Positions 63,745-64,000 of a stretch of 64,000 bases of DNA are shown here, piece by piece. The stretch lies in the NCBI RefSeq assembly GCF_009914755.1, contig NC_060933.1, one strand, 5' to 3'. A model generated the notes under the pieces. That model was given only the letters and a program-made list of their open reading frames with translations, was not told the origin of the DNA and did no database searches. A program made the position numbers and the translations under genes. Position 1 is the stretch's first letter. Each line of letters opens with the position of its first letter. The stretch comes from the human T2T-CHM13v2.0 reference genome, Homo sapiens.

Positions 63745-64000
63745 TCTCTTTTTTTGCTGTTTTTTGTTTGTTTTGATTTTTGTCTTTATAAGACAGGGTC
63801 TTGCTCTGTTGCCCAGGTTGGAGTACAGTAGCAGGTTCATATGTCACTGTAGCTTCAACCTCCTGGGCTCAAGCGATCCTTCCATCTCAGCCTCCCAAGT
63901 AGCTGGGACTACAGGAATGCACCATTATGCCTGAATTTATTTATTTATTTATTTATTAAGATGGGGGTCTTCCCATGTTTCCCAGGCTGGTCTTAAACTC
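63745..64000 (-). mobile_element. AluJ-like (cut by window edge)
   Basis: Consensus. Confidence 0.9.

Overview
Primate (very probably human) genomic DNA: about 46 Alu elements or fragments, plus L1, L2, MIR, DNA-transposon and LTR relics. One CpG island (~15.4-17.5 kb) contains a coding exon, ATG 16227 to GT donor 16365, encoding MRWPQPGAAARLPPESPGPPEREAAAARRWTGAEPQDCAPGSGRPE. From memory this is the first coding exon of the long AKAP2 isoform (PALM2AKAP2 locus, 9q31, + strand), so the rest of the window is intronic or upstream. I see no convincing new biological system. Best leads: (1) the exon carries one PPESPG unit where the RefSeq protein as I recall it has two; (2) a frame-compatible candidate alternative first exon at 57622-57720; (3) a candidate 55-nt frameshifting cassette exon at 34968-35022; (4) a hairpin in non-repeat sequence at ~20.6 kb; (5) a 32-bp palindrome-containing minisatellite; (6) a tailless Alu with a target-site duplication (TSD); (7) a CCAAT-rich MER51 LTR. 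Repeat families were assigned by eye, and boundaries are approximate unless a TSD is quoted.
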